Under the pieces are notes generated by a model. That model worked only from the letters and a program-made list of their open reading frames with translations, was not told the DNA's origin and did not search any database. The position numbers and the translations under genes were made by a program. Shown here one piece after another: positions 29,201 to 44,200 of a stretch of 64,000 bases of DNA; the first letter of the stretch is position 1; the number at the start of each line of letters is the position of its first letter. Source of the DNA: Raillietiella orientalis (taxonomy: Eukaryota). The stretch lies in contig JAYWIR010000059.1 of assembly GCA_036172245.1 (NCBI GenBank), forward strand, positions 310,001 to 374,000, given 5' to 3'.

Positions 29201-32200
29201 GCAAACTGCAATCGCATTCGTCCAAAAGTATGAAGGCATTCAAGAGAATTCGTTTCCGGTAACATGCAATTCTTTCAAACCTTCTTGAACACCACCGCAG
29301 CGAGAAGAGTGTGCGAACGCAAGACTGCAGAGGAAGTTCAAGCAGAAGACAAGATTTCAGATCGAACATAAGATTTTTTTTTCTTATATTTCTTGTGGAA
29401 TTGTTCTTTGTAAATGATAAAGAAAACTGTGTGGTTTTTAGAAGAAGAATGAAAGGAATTCCTTATAAGTAATAAGGATAGCCACTGACTAAAATCTTTA
29501 CGAAAACGCCATAATCAGAAATTTTTCCTGAGACTCCCACCCTCTGCATCCATGATTCTGAGGAAATTATTTAGATGAATACAGCAGGAAAAAAGTCCTT
29601 CATCTACTGAGAAACGAACATCTTTTAGTTGTGATATGGCCAGCCAAGGATCGTCATATTCAAGATTCTGAAAGCAATTTTCCGTATAAGCAATGTCATG
29701 AGGAAAATGTATCAGATAAAGATAGAACAGTGTATTGCAGTCTCAGCTGTGAAATTAATGAGAATCAAATGCCAGAAATTAAGTGCCGTAGTTGAAACGA
29801 AAGGTAACGTCATAGTGCACTTGTTGCATCAGACTATTAGGGAAACCACAATCCAAGCTCAACATTTCTTATTAGTGTTTAGAACAAACTTCAGGCCCCG
29901 CATAATTAATCAAGTATATTAATGAATTCTCTCAAGCAAATCTTTTCAGGCTAGCAAACTCCGGAAAGTGAAGATTGTACTGGTTTAGTTTATGAGAAGA
30001 ATATAAGAAATTTTGAAATTACATTATAATGTTACAAAGTCAAAATCGTATATAAGCCATACAATGTACACTGTGGGTACATCATCGGAAGCAGGCATAA
30101 ATCCTCTTCCACTTCCTTCCACCACCTTCCTAACAAATACGAAATGCTATCAGTATGTAATTGGAAAACGGAGAACTCGAGTTTTCAGGAAAGCATTCGT
30201 TGGATATTCAAGGAAGGAGCACTAAACATGGAAAATTGAACATCTGGAAATACTGGGATGCTAAAATAAAGCTTTACCTATTTATTCAATCGAATCAAAA
30301 AATAAAATAAAATAAGACGTATTCATCATTGCTAATATGATGAAACAACAAGATGCAGTTGTTGGAGTGATTGGTCGAAAATTCTTGAGAGACTCCAGTT
30401 TACATTCTGGATCAGCTGGAAATCTACAGCAGCTTCAGTTTATGATTCTTCTGACAATCGGTACTTCTGTCAAAGAAAAGTAGGCCTCTTGTCAAAGTTT
30501 CTGAGGACACCAAATGGAAAGTAAGGTGTATTCCGGAGAAGATCTAAAATAATACTGACGAACATGGTCTCGGATGCAAGGTTCGTGTTGGTACTGCGAT
30601 GTGGCAGTGCATCCAGGGGAAAAGTTGAAGAAGAGTGTTTGCGAAACAGTACAAAGTGAGCTTTCAGAAGGTACGGTAGCTACTGCAGAAAGGCTTTTGG
30701 TAAATGGATATATGAACTATATGCACGCAAACTTTTGAAGTTTGGAAAACCAGAGAAACACTTTGCTGAAAATAGAAGAGCGATATCAATTATGGATGAT
30801 TTTGTTGGGCTCTATGAAATGAGACTTGAACATGAAAGCCCCTCCCAATAGGGAAACGGCGGAGAGATGTTTGTATTGCTATAGTGCCATGTCTGAAACT
30901 CAGGACATGTCCGAAAAAGCGAAAAAAAATAGGTATATGGAGACTAGAATCCGTTACGTTGCTTGGGAATTCAAATGGAATCTGCGTTTCTGCTCCCAGA
31001 TACGGGATGAACGATCGGAATCATGACGAGATACACACGCATCAAGAAGAAAAAGAAGGAAGAAAAAATCAAGAAGAAAAAACAAGGAAGATAATCATTA
31101 AAGCGCATTTTTTTTCCAAAGTTGTGATGACTCATAAATGATACATTATCCTTCGTGTGAGTACTCTGTAAAGGCGAATATACGTCCCTATTTAGAAAAT
31201 ACCTTTTTTCTACATACAGTGCACACATGTATGACAAATACATACCGGTAGATTCATTCAGTCTTAGATTCGCAAATCTCCGCTTGAAAAATCAAAGCAT
31301 TTCCTGTCATCTTTTCTAAATTCATAGGTTAAATGGAGTGGATTAACTGCTCCTTGGTGATGCTTTTCGTGCTGTTCTGAGAAAACTTTCAGATGAGCTC
31401 TTTCTGAGGAGCTTTGGAAACGCCGCTTCTCACAGCTCTGCAGAAAGTTTCAACCAATGCTTCTAAATGCACAAAGTCACTGCGGAAACAGTCCGTTCCC
31501 AAAGTTCTCTCGAGTTCCCTTGGAAACCTCCGTACCGATACAAAGGCATCATAGATCTGCAGCTAATGGTGCATAACCATCTCGCCGACCAAACGGACGA
31601 GCAAATAGATATTCTTTGGCAAAACGGATGCCTCTCTTTCGAAAGCCAAAATGAGTGCAGTAGCTTCGAGGAAAGACTTGCGAAATCATTTACGAAGGTA
31701 CACGAGCGGAGTATTCATGGACTCCAAGCCCAGAGGGTGCAAGCAACAGGAATAAGCTCGTTTTAAAAAATAATCATTGCTTCTCTTTGCTTCTTAAATG
31801 ACGATGGTAGTGCCTATTTCGGCATGCGCGAGGTTTCGTCGATCCTTCCAAAGGTTTTAGTTTTCGATGAATAGGTAAAATCGTATCGTAAACTAAGCAA
31901 GCATGATGACAGTTGATGCAGCGTTTTTCCCCTTAACAACGGTGGAAATAGAATCTTTTGAGAAAACATCATGGAGTGAGATGATATTAACATTTAACAA
32001 GAGTGGATTTTTGTGGAGACTCCAGTCTCTTGCAGTGAAGAGAAAATCCAGTTGCGTCGGCAATCCGAGTGGAGGAAAAAAGAAAAAAAAATCTTTTAAG
32101 CAAATACTTCCTAGAAAGAGAAAAAAGAGAGATGCAAAAGTAAAAATTCCCTCATCACAGTGGGAGGAATTCCCGTTTCGGAGTTCCGTTTTCAAAAATA

Positions 32201-35200
32201 TAGGAGCGCATCAAGAATCTGATATTCCAGAAATCTGCAAAGCTTAAGAAAAGGACTGAAGTAAATACTATAAGACCATATGAGACTCAAAATAACGCAT
32301 GAACTCTGGAGCTGCTTGATTGCGAAAGGAGGAGTCGAGAGCCAATGAGAAGAGGGGAGAGCTGTGGGCAATAGTCAGATCGACAGCTGAACTCATGGGC
32401 TGCTGCATGATCTAAAATTTCTTCACGGCATGATGAATTTTCTCCTTGTTAGCCATTCGAGAAAGGCTCGTATGAGTTTCCTTTTTCCTTTCCTAAGAAT
32501 AAGTTTGAAGACCTTATGTCATGGAACAGGTAATTTTATTTAAAACCACAGAGAAGCTGTAGCAGCAGCACATCTCGAACCGTTGCGACCGCCTGATACG
32601 AGTCGAACACTTTTTGTTGAACTGGACCTCTGGCCAGGTAGCACTCGGAACCTCTCTCCTCCTTAAGCCTGTGCTCTTAAAGTTTTCCTATTTATCAAAA
32701 CATTTCCTCAATTCATAGCATCTTCTATAAAGAGGTTTGATGGCGAAGAAAGCTGATCGATAATAGAAAGTCAAATGGATTATGGGCTGATCTCACTCTA
32801 GTATGAGGATGGATCACCTTGGATCCGCTTTAAACTGAGAACTCAACACTTCAGTTCTCTCGTGGATCTTGCCGGGGAGTTTCCTAAGGAAGGAAGCTGC
32901 CTCGAGGTGTATGAATATTTGATAAATTAGCGTGAATTAGTAACAAGTAAGGTGAAATAGTAATCTCAGATCTTTCGGACTTAAGGAATTTGAATAATTT
33001 TGCCGATGATTTGAATTATTTACGAGAAAAATGCGAGAGTCACTGCTCCTTTTTCGACGAAATTCTCAAGAAAACTATTGAAACCTTTTGCTTTTATTTG
33101 GATTCCCTATTCCTCTGCCAGCCCCTGCTTCGATACCCCTACTTGAAGCCATCCAAGTTTTGAATGAAGTTCAGGAACGTACAGAGAGCAAGGGATTCTT
33201 GGGAAATCACAATCAGCTGAGAATTTTCGAGTTTGTTTTTTGGGGAACATCATGACGAGGAAGCATCGGCGCAGAAGAGAGGAGGAATGAATTTCGGAAC
33301 ACCTGCCCCATTTTTCGAACCCTCGAAAGCTCCCAACGAAAACGGTCCTGCCTAGATTCGATGGACATCAAGCTGATGCATCGTCACTCGTGCAAGCCAT
33401 GGTTTGGTGGAATGGTTCCATCTTCATCTGCCTCACTAACCGCATCCTTTTTCACGCTATTAAAGTCCGGTGGACTACAGAACGCTAAGTTAATTGAGAA
33501 CTTAATAGAATAGAGCTTGGAAGCTACTTTAGATATTTCAAATAGATTGCATTCCCTAGTCTGGAATTTTAGGCCAGGTTTTCCGTTTTTAATGTCGCTG
33601 CAATGCTTTAGATTCTTTTAAGATAATCTTATTAAAGATTAGCACATTGTCTCTTCATTCATCTGTTCTTTTTCCATTGATGGATCTTTACGCACTAGTC
33701 AAAAGGAGTTTGGATTACAATCACAGCATTGTATCATATTTAGTGCAATCTATTACATTACTCAATTATATGGTAAGTGATCTCAAGTTACCAGCTCGAG
33801 GCAGATTTCGAGAAAGGCTTCAGTCTTCTCGTCTCTCAATTACGTGACGTTAATTGACATACCGATTGGTTATTGTATCCTCAGTTGGTTCTTTGAGGAC
33901 AACACTGTCGCCGTTGATGCACTGCTGGCAGTTTCAGAAATCACATCAAGTAGACTAAGCTGATGTTTCAGCGTTTTTCTTTTGCTGGAGTCGGCCTGTA
34001 CCTCAAGAGGGGATTCAACCTGGTCAGCAAGTGATAAGACTGTTGAATAGTAAATAGTTGTTTGATAGAATACTTCACCAATTTGCTATCTGCTTTTAGC
34101 CCTGGTGATCAAAAATGGTCCATTAATGTTAATCATTCAAACTAAATACAGCAATAAGATGATTGCCATTGCTTGTAAGAAAGGGTTCAGACTTCATCGG
34201 TAAATTAATAGACTTCTGATAAAGCGCTCACTCTGGAAGCTTTTCATTCTTCAGCTGTTATAATGATCTTGCTATTTTAGATTTCGGGAATTCAGAGTTT
34301 TTTCTCCCCATTCATTGCAGAAAGAAAAAAAAAAAATACCGATCTTGAATTATTGAAAAGTTCGACTATCAGTAACTGCATAATTCACTTTGATTCAAAA
34401 GCAGCAAATAACGAAGTGTAACTTATTTTATTTGTTTAGTTTGGTCTTCCAGCTAGTGGAAAATGAGGAAGAATATGTTGCACTACTCGAGATACTGACG
34501 ACACATTTCCTTCGCCCTTTCAAAATGGCGGCAAGCTCTAAGAAACCAATATGTTCCCATGAAGACCTAAATTCAGTTTTTCTTAACATAGAAACAGTAC
34601 TGTTTCTTCATCAGATATTTCTCAAAGGTCTGACTGCGAGGATGGAAAACTGGCCTACTCTTGTTTTAAGTAAGTTTCTAGACCTTCTGCTAATCCTCTT
34701 CAAAGAATTTCGTTCGCTGAAAACCTAAACTTTTTATTGAATATCCCGCCAATTATGCCGCTTGCTTTGGACGTATCTGCATAAAATATATCAAAACATC
34801 AACGTGGGCGTATTGTGCAGGCTTTTAGAAGAACATACTGCCCTTTTCAAAAACTCAAGAGATTGGCAGCAGAGGTTTCCTGCTGCCGTTGAAGAGTGCA
34901 GGGATGTTATGTATATTGTGATATTTTTTTGAATGACATGTGTCCGTTGGAGCCATGAATCAAAAGCATTTTTTTCCCCAAAACAGTACGAGGAATCCGT
35001 GATGACTGATGTGATGATTTATCATTTAAGTATCATGAAATTTTTGAGATATCACCGATTTGTAGATTAATGAGTCACAAGTTAATTGATGTTATGTTTG
35101 AGGATCACTCCAAGAGATTCTGCGAAAGTTGAACATTCACAGTCGTACTACTTTTTAGGTAGTTCGCATGTGATAGCTCATGTGATAGCTCATGTGTAGT

Positions 35201-38200
35201 TTTCATGTGATAGCTCACCAAATCTTAGATGGCACCTCACTGAAACTGCATGGCTAATTTCTTTCTTTCTTCCTTCCCTTTTCTTTCTTGGCAATGTTCG
35301 CGAGGAACGCGTCTTCACTGAGTTCCAGAATATTAACTGTGATTTCGCTTTTCGTGAGAAGCATTCCGTATTTATCAAGGGAGCTCATGCGTGAGAATGT
35401 TCAGTAAAAGAATTTCTCGTACCACCGAAATCCCAATCTAAAGAAACGGTGAAAAAGTTCTGCCAGCAGGGTTTCAAAAAAAAAAAAAAAAGGTCAAGGG
35501 AAAATGGGGTCCCCGTTGAAGTGGGACGGAGTCAGAGATGGGATGGAGTTCGTTCCCTTTCGTTAATGGAAAAATACTGGTTTTCCATGAAATCTATGGA
35601 CCTTGTTCCCATGGTTAAGTCTTGCGAGAAACGGGCTGGACCTAAACCTTGGGACTTTCCATCCTTTTCCCGTCTTAAATTCGTTGAGCTTGAGCTGCCG
35701 CGTTCTGTCCAGGCTTGAAATTTGGAGGTTTGGCTATTTCAGCCACTGCAGGGTCTGCCCGGAATTGACACGGTTGCTCCTGGAATTTGAACAGAACACG
35801 GCTTCAATAAACAGATGCGTTTAATTCGAACACTGTGAATTTCCCATCAACTCTCATGTCCTGATAACTTTGATCTTTGTTCATTAAAGAACTTGCACGG
35901 AGAAGCATCCATGGTCCAATGGCGGAAATCGAGGTGAGGAGCATAAAATTCCAGAAATCTCAACAAAAGAATCTGAAAATTAAAGGAGGGGGGGAAGGAA
36001 GACAGGATAGGCACATACAAGGGTTGGAAGATTTAATTTGAATTTTAGTGACTCCAAAAATCTAATATTTCAAAGAATGAATGATGCGAATTTCGTAAAC
36101 ATGATGGCAGTGGTCGCATCAGAGGATTGACTTAAAAGTCCAGAGATGGTAAGAGCACATCAGAAAAAGGAGAATTTTAAGTGACTTCCACTCTGAATTT
36201 GATCATTGAATTGAAGAAGTATTCCTAGATATATCGAAGAGAAGATCCATGAAATGAGTGCATCTCTTACTGAAAACGTATGATATCCATCGTCGGTGAT
36301 CTTACGACTGCTCACCTTTTTTCGTATGGAGCAAAATGATGCTTACACTCTCGCTTATATTATAAAAGACCCAATCAAAATCTACAATCAAATCACATCT
36401 ATTCCATGGTTTCTCGAGTTTGAATGGTACTTTCGGATCCCCAACTGCGGATTAAAGAAATTTCAGTGAAAGAGGGTCGTTTGCATGCTGGCTCAGTAAA
36501 AACGCTTTTCATGTCGGCCTCCTAATAGGTAAGCACCAGTTTTCTATTCCTTTGCTGAGAATGCAATGAGGATTCTAGTCTTTGCAATGTTTTCATTTCC
36601 TTCTGAATTCCAACAGCATCCCAACAAGAACCACCGAGTATCTTCACCGGATCAGCGCGGTTGCTCCATCTACCAGGGAAGAACTTTCTCCGACTCAGTG
36701 CTGGTGGCTCCTGTGAGATTATTTTTTCAAGTGATAAGCGTAGAAGGGAAGTCGAAATGATCTCAAGAGAATTGTTCGCAGTATAATTTTTCGGTGGATC
36801 CTGAATATCCCCCTTTTTTTCTAACCCATTCTCAGTTGTTCAGTGAGGATACTTTCTGTTTCTTTCCGTACACAGTCTCGCGCTGACGCATATAGCTCTG
36901 CAGGTTGAGTTCAGAGGAGCAATGAGCTCGTAAACAAACGCTACCATGGGATTCAAGATCGGGTGCTGTTATTCGTCTTGCAAAATTTTCTATCACCTTT
37001 CAACCACCTTGGTTTCAGCCAAGTCTTGTAGAACTCTGCAGAAAACAACACTCGAACTGGTTCCGTCTGATGCAACTGACTAGAAGGTGAAAAGATCATT
37101 TTAGATAACTCCTGTCCAGCTTATTACATGAAAAATATAAAAACTGACAGGATAAACGAGAAAAATGTGATTTTACAGCACGAAGAGAGAAAAGATGGGC
37201 CACATTCCTAGGAAAACTACGCTTCAAAAATGATCCAAAATATGACAAAAAAGAACGAACGGTGTCACTGTTAGTGGAAGAAGACCATAGTATAAATCGC
37301 TCAAATTAGACACACACAGAAAATCTTCATCACCAATATTCATCTAAGACGACTGCAAGAAGTGGCCACTGCAAGACAGTGTTTGTTTTCGTCTGTTTTC
37401 ACTCACAGCATTCAGTTCATTTAGAACTTGAAATTCATCGCAGTTCGCTTTATAATCCAAAATTGACCTCGAAAAATGGAATACTTGAATCCCTTAATCT
37501 CACTTGTCTGGGCGACGATGAGATTGCAAATGACTAAGAGGTGACTTCAGATATTCTTTCCATTGGGATTTTTCTCACTGATCACTCTTAGTCATCCACA
37601 ATGGTTTCTTCTGATTGCAAAATGATTAGAACATGAAGCTCCTGTATTATTCGGAATCCTCCATCCCCTTTACCTGAACAGATACGCAGCATAGTTTAAA
37701 GGCTTTCAAAGCCATAAAAGGCAACAGGGTTTGATTCTGGAGTGGAAACTCTCCGCTCGGAAACTGCAACAAGCGTCCCGAAAAACCGCATGACTTCCGT
37801 AACACATGCAAGTTTCATTTTTCAACGACTGCCAGTTGATTTCTTCAAAGTTATTTGGCCAAGAAGAAGCCCATTAAAGTTTAAAGCTGATTGTCTTTGC
37901 AGAATCAGCATCTTCCTCTGCTGTTTCAAATGACAATGAAGCGTACGTTCCGAGGGAAGTTCGCTATATTGGCATTCACCGTTTCATTGAGAAATTTCAT
38001 CGAGCTCTCATTATTTGTAATGGCATCTAACAGTCAAGATGCTGCTCACAAGGAAGCAACCAGATTTCAATCTATCAGTTCCTCTTTTCTGGTAGTCTTA
38101 CAGAGCCCATGGAGAACAGAGTGAGTTGGCATTTTGCCATTTGCTGCTGAATGAGAAAGCTTCCAGGTCTTCACGTAAAAAAGGTTTCGGCTGCTAATTC

Positions 38201-41200
38201 AAAGTAGAAGTTTCCAACCATCGTTGGCCTCAAAGGGATTTCAGAGTTGTTTTAGGGTCCATTTGAGTCCAGTTACCATTTTTTTCCCCTCTTCTCACCT
38301 AGATTTTGCTTAAGGTCACCCACTGATGGATCCATACTAAGAGATAGTTCTTGTGATCACTGAAGAGGTCTTCCCTCTTCCTTTAAAAACGAACGGAACT
38401 GAAAGCGCAGACAGGAAAAGCAGGATTTTCTTCTTGGTTTTCGGGAATTCCGTTTCCTATGCATTTTGTAAAAACTGATTCACTTCCTTGCTTTTAAACT
38501 AAAATTGCTGACCTCATAGCCTAAAGTTGCATAAATGGAGAGGACAGTTAGCGGGTTTGCTCCAAAGGAACGATATCAATAAATGAAAATGATCTGTAAA
38601 GAAACCGTAGAAGAATTTCTGGAAACGATCCTCTGAAGAGGTGAGAATATAGGAGCTGAATGCTTTTGTTGATCTTCGATCTGTATCCATGGATGTGACA
38701 TGTGAAACGTAACTCGAGATCCTGGTAGAAACGCAAACGCAAAGAAGAATCCTTGATTCCTCATCAATTTCGTAGAAGCGAGGTTTGAGCTGATGCAAGC
38801 TTCCTATTTCTTCTCATCCAATCCAAATAATAATGAATTTGTTTCCCTCGTTCAAGATTCCTTCATTTCCTATCTCGTTAAAATCCTTGATTTTTGTTGA
38901 GAGCTCCAAACCTCTTGGATATTCTCTCTGCGCTTTTTCAAGTTTGCGGCTCAGGTTCCTCTGTAGCTCACGCCTAAGAGGTCATGTTCCAGCCGGTTTC
39001 TAGGATATTGAAAAGGAAAGAGTAAAGAACTTCAAAGAAAAAACAGAAATAAGGAATTTTTTCCCTTAACAAAAAATGAATGGAAAAGGAATAAAAGGAA
39101 GCTGTTTGGCAATGCACCCTGTTGATCCAAGAAGCAATCTAGGGATGCTTTCATTCTGCCGCATCCAAACTTGAAAGGGGTAAAGACAAAAACAGAAGTC
39201 AGAACAGGGGATCGTAATTTCCAAGGAACAATTCCAGTCTAGTTCTGTCTTGCTCTGAAAGGACTGCATGGGCATCATGAATATCTCAAAGCCTTGTCAC
39301 CTGCTGCGTCTTTGAAATGTTTCTGCATAAATTGTTTACTTGCCGTTCAGCTGTGCACCTGGAAACAGCTGTACCTCACGGTGTCTTGAGAAAACGCGGA
39401 GGAAGCAAAAGTAGGGAAAGCGAGAAAAACTAACCTCCTTGGAAGTCTGAGATTTCTTGATCCATTTTGGGATCTTTGCGTCCTCCTGGCTTTCCACTGT
39501 CAGCTAGAACTTCCTGCTTCCTGTTTTGTTGTGGCAGAGAAAATGATGAGATGGACGGAACTACATGCACAGTCCTCTCTTTCCTCTTTTTGAGAGCTTC
39601 TAATTTTTTTCTTGCCTTATTATTTTGTCTGGCGACAGCTGTGACTGCGTATTGCACAACGGAGGGCACTGCTCCTTTTTGCTTGCGGCAAAATAGCTCA
39701 AAACTAACACCATGATTTTCTGTCATTGCACCTTTGCTATTTCGGCAGCCCCCGCCGAAGTTGAGTCGTTGGATGTTATTGAGGGTCCATGGAACTTCCA
39801 GTAGCACGAGAGAGAGGGAAGAAGGGAAAAAAAAGTTTCTCATGGAAGGGGCAAAGCAACCACAAGCGTACAGGATAGTACTGAAGTATGCCTCTCAACA
39901 TCATGGAGGACCACGCGTTCCTCGGTCAAAAAAGCATCTCTTGGCCTAGGTCTCGATCTTTCTTCGATGGGTATGATTCTGCAAGCTTGAAAACAACAGC
40001 AACGCAGTCACCGATGCCAATGCTGGTGATGGCTCCCAAATTTGGATCGGTGGCTCCTTTGTTGAAAAGCACACGTCACATTCCCGGAAATCTTGTAGGA
40101 ATAGGAACGCCGCGCCAATGACACAGATCATTGGATTATTGTTTACAGATGTATCTCTGAGGATTTAAAAAGCTTTAGGTATCAAACTGCCTTCTGAAAC
40201 GTTCTCAGAGCTTCATGGTTTCTTGGACGCTAACAGTTCTCACTGGGTGCAAAATTCTCTGCAGCCCTTTGAAGCAGTCAAACTTCGCAAAAAAGGGAGT
40301 TCCTGGAATGTGAAAATGCTTTTTTAAGGATAAGCAAGGGCGAACGGGACCTTCCTGCTTTCATTTCACTTCATTCCCACTGACTGCTTCGTAAGGATTG
40401 AAGCAACCCAACCCGTGCTGTGTGCGGCTACTCCGTCAGACTTTCAACATGCTGGTTGCCACTTTCGAACGGCTCAGAATACCATTTTTGTGGATTTTTC
40501 GTTTTTCCAAACAATGTGGTTCAGTCCCGCAAGCAACTGAAGACACGGCGAAATTTTCTGAAGCAGTTTGAAAGTGCCGAATGGAGCACTCGCAAAATCA
40601 AGAAGCACACACAAACAGAGCTTGGAAAATCGGTAGCTGTTTTGGCACATCGCCGGAAATTATCTACAGATGCTAACATTGTCTCTGCTACTGTCATCTC
40701 ATGTTATCATTATTTCATTCTGATCACCCTAGGCGACTTCCTCCAGAATTCCTTTATAGGGACATTCGAAAATTTGGTTAGTCGTGTTGCGTGAGAATTT
40801 TCACTCTTCTGATAAGGCACTTTGTGACGTCATTATTTCAGCATCCATTCCTTTAAATCAGGCCAAATGATCAATTCATTTAATTTAATTCATTGTTTTG
40901 TAATTCTTCTGATCTCTCTAGCATGAGATACATTTCCATGCTAAGACAATGAAAATCACAGAGAAAATTTCAAATCACAGAGAAATAAGCAAACCGAGTC
41001 GTCATCTCATATTTTCTAAGAGGATCTATTTTCTTAGGAAGCAAGCACATGAATTGTCAAAACAAATTTCTAATTTTGCAAAAGCGGTTTGCTCGTATCT
41101 ATGGATAAGATTTGAAAAAAGAATGAGGGAAACTAATTTGAACATTATTTGATCCTTCAAAAGACCACAAAGATATTCAATACCCAAAAGAGTATTGAAT

Positions 41201-44200
41201 GCAAATGTCCGTTCTGGTCAGTGGCTCTTGTTGAGAGTCAACCAATTTTCGGTTTTCAATACCTTAAAGCTCTTTCAAATTCCGGTTTGACTATCCTGCC
41301 GTTAGTTAGCGATACGAACCCTGACCAGCCTACTCCTGGAGATGGATGCGCGATATCCTGTACTTCGAAATTTCCACTTTTTATCCCCTGGACGAAAGCC
41401 TTCCTAGAGTTAAAATGCTCTGTAATGCAACCCTGCGGGTAAAGTGTACGAGTCAAGGATCGTCATCAACACTGACTAAAGGACAAAATTCTTGAAGCTA
41501 TTTCATTTTATTTAAGAACCCAACAAGTTTTGCAGTCATGAAATCAAGGATCATCATAACCAAGGAAGTGAAGTGTGTCTCTTGGATACTCCCAGATATC
41601 TAAATGAAAAATGCTTTTCTTTCCAAGAGCTGACTTTCAGCTTGCGAAGTTGTGAAAATTGCATTTTTATAGACAAAACGATCGTTTTTGTTCACAATGT
41701 TTGCTTCCTTGGACTGATTTGCTACAACTAAAGAGTACAGTATTAAGCATTTGCCCTTTCGAGTCATATGCAGTGCAGAGGCATGAATTCATCTGTTGCC
41801 TTCGTGGATCTCGTCTCAGAACATTAATAGCGAAATTCGTGATTAAAGTGGCAGATTAGAAGAAGTGAAAGTTGAGGAAAGGTAAAGCTTGAAAAATGAA
41901 AAATTCAAGCTTTTTAAAGTGAATAAGTACTTCAAGCTGAAGCCAAGTTCTCACTTTCGATGTCACTTAAAGTTTGGATGAACCACTTAATCAACTAACT
42001 AGTTTATTGACTCAAAGCAAACAAATGAACTAACCCTCGAGCAAAGTCAAAACTGCAACACTGAAACACAGCATCAATGATGAGTCCATCTCCTGACTGA
42101 AAGTTGTCGGAAACTTATAAACATATTTGATAAACGTATTAAATAAAGGGGCTAGAAGAAATCCGGAAAAAAAAAAGAAATTGCTGTTTAGCTTACGAGT
42201 ACCTACCCGGGTTACTCAGTGAATGAAAGTTCTGTAATGATTCGCAGCGATTCCCACAATAACGGAGTTCCTGAATTGGACGGAACAGAAGATTAAAATG
42301 GAATTCCTCAGATGAAAATTCCCTGATGAAGATGCATTGCATGTTCCATAAGCATATTAGTCATCCGGTAATTTCCCTCGAAGCACGGGAGTCCAGAAGT
42401 GATTTATTTCTGATTTGTTTCCCAGATTGCTCGTCGTGATAATCATTTCGAATGTTTCAGGCGATCTTTTCGACATGCTCCTGCCCATGCTAAACATATA
42501 TCAAGAATACGTCCGCAATCACCACTACAGCTTGCAGGTTCTCACAGAACTGAAACAAAATAATCCTCAATTCGCGGCAGTTCTGAAGAGGAAAGAAGAA
42601 AAGGTCATTTGCCAGGGAAGATCCTTGGAAACGTTTCTGACGTATCCTATGCATCAGGTAAGGAATTGTGAATAGGGACATCACAAATGACACTACCGTG
42701 AACAACAAACGACATTGTAGACAAGAACAAATTCAGAGATGACTGCTGAGACAGTCGAATGTGAATAAGTAGATGACAGTAGCAAATCTATTTCCTAGGT
42801 TTATTCCAGGATCACGGGTGTGGCGAGCGTATTCGTCTCCAATCTAACTATTTCAAAAGTAACAGGCTTCCACATTTTCGACATTTGTTTGTTTACATTA
42901 TTTTACATCACTTTCAACATTTGCAAAAGAACCATTCTTTGTGAAAAGAAGAGCATCTAAAGTGAAATCTCAAAGGAGTTACATGTGACTGCAAAAAACA
43001 TAAACTATAGAAGTATATATGCAGTGTAAAAAGAAATTAAAACGAAATGGTCATCCCGAAGTCTCCTAGATAGTAACCATGAATACGACTTGAAGAGGAT
43101 GCTTTTTTTGTGAGTTTGCCGATGCCTTTGTGCTGCTGGCTATTCGACACATTCATACCCCGGAGTGGGAATGCAAAAGAATCTTTCGAAAGTGGGGAGA
43201 AACAGAGGATTGAAAGTGCATCCCAGCACGAATGCACAGTGCCAGAATCAGCAGCTGTGAATGAGAATAAGGAGAAGAAAAAACCATCAAGACAATAAGC
43301 GAGATTACATGGGTGGTCAAACTGTGGAAGAAGATATTTGAGAAATAAATGCATGCCACAGAAATCTCGTAACAAGACTTTGAATAAAACAAGATGCTAT
43401 CACTGTTCGTTCCTATGCTATTGGTAAATAATTGTCACAGTCATGATCAATGAGAGGCACATCTTTATTTGCTGAAAGCATGCTGCAATTCATCAATGGA
43501 GTGGTCACTCGTCTCTTAGGAGGCCTAAAAAGGATGCTTTATAGATCGTAATAGTAAGTGTCAGTTGAGTGTAAGTCCATCGCTACAATTAGAACTTTAG
43601 AATGAAAAAAATTTGATTCCACTCAGGGAAAAATAAGGCCTTGCTCCATTTACAACAATTAAAGTAAACTGTGGAGGAATTAATACTATCATGTAAGTCT
43701 AAATACTGGTACGTGCCAGGTAGCGCAGTGCATCCTTAAGCATTAGATCAAGAATTTGAGTCATATGCTGGACATAAATTAAACCTCTATCTAAAAGCTC
43801 GGAAGCAGTCAATTCTTCAATCGAAGATCTAGGAGAAAACTTGCCAGAATGAATACAAAGGAAGCTATTTTTTTCAAACTGTTCATTTGATCATTCATTC
43901 TGATCTTGGTTTTGCCGTCAGGAAGCAGTGATGAGCTCGACTCAAAGCAACAAATGAAAATAATCTCCTAGTCGGAATTTAGACATCAAAACAACATCAA
44001 ATAGTGAAATCATCTCCTGACTGGAGGTTGTCGATAACTTTTGAGCATATTTGATAAAATTATTAAATAAAGGAGATAGAATTTTATTCGAAAAAAAAAG
44101 CAGTTGCTGTTGAGCTAACGATTATCTATCCGGGTTTCCCAAGAGTAAAAGTGGAAAAATCAGACTGATTTGGATGTTAAAGCTTTGGCCATTATGCATA

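Noticed and set aside
35167..35217. CRISPR-like array
   Set aside because: It is a simple 12-bp tandem repeat without spacers, in a eukaryotic intron with no cas genes.
41256..41456. RT-like motif [13 protein letters not shown] on the - strand
   Set aside because: A single weak motif with no flanking RT motifs recognised.
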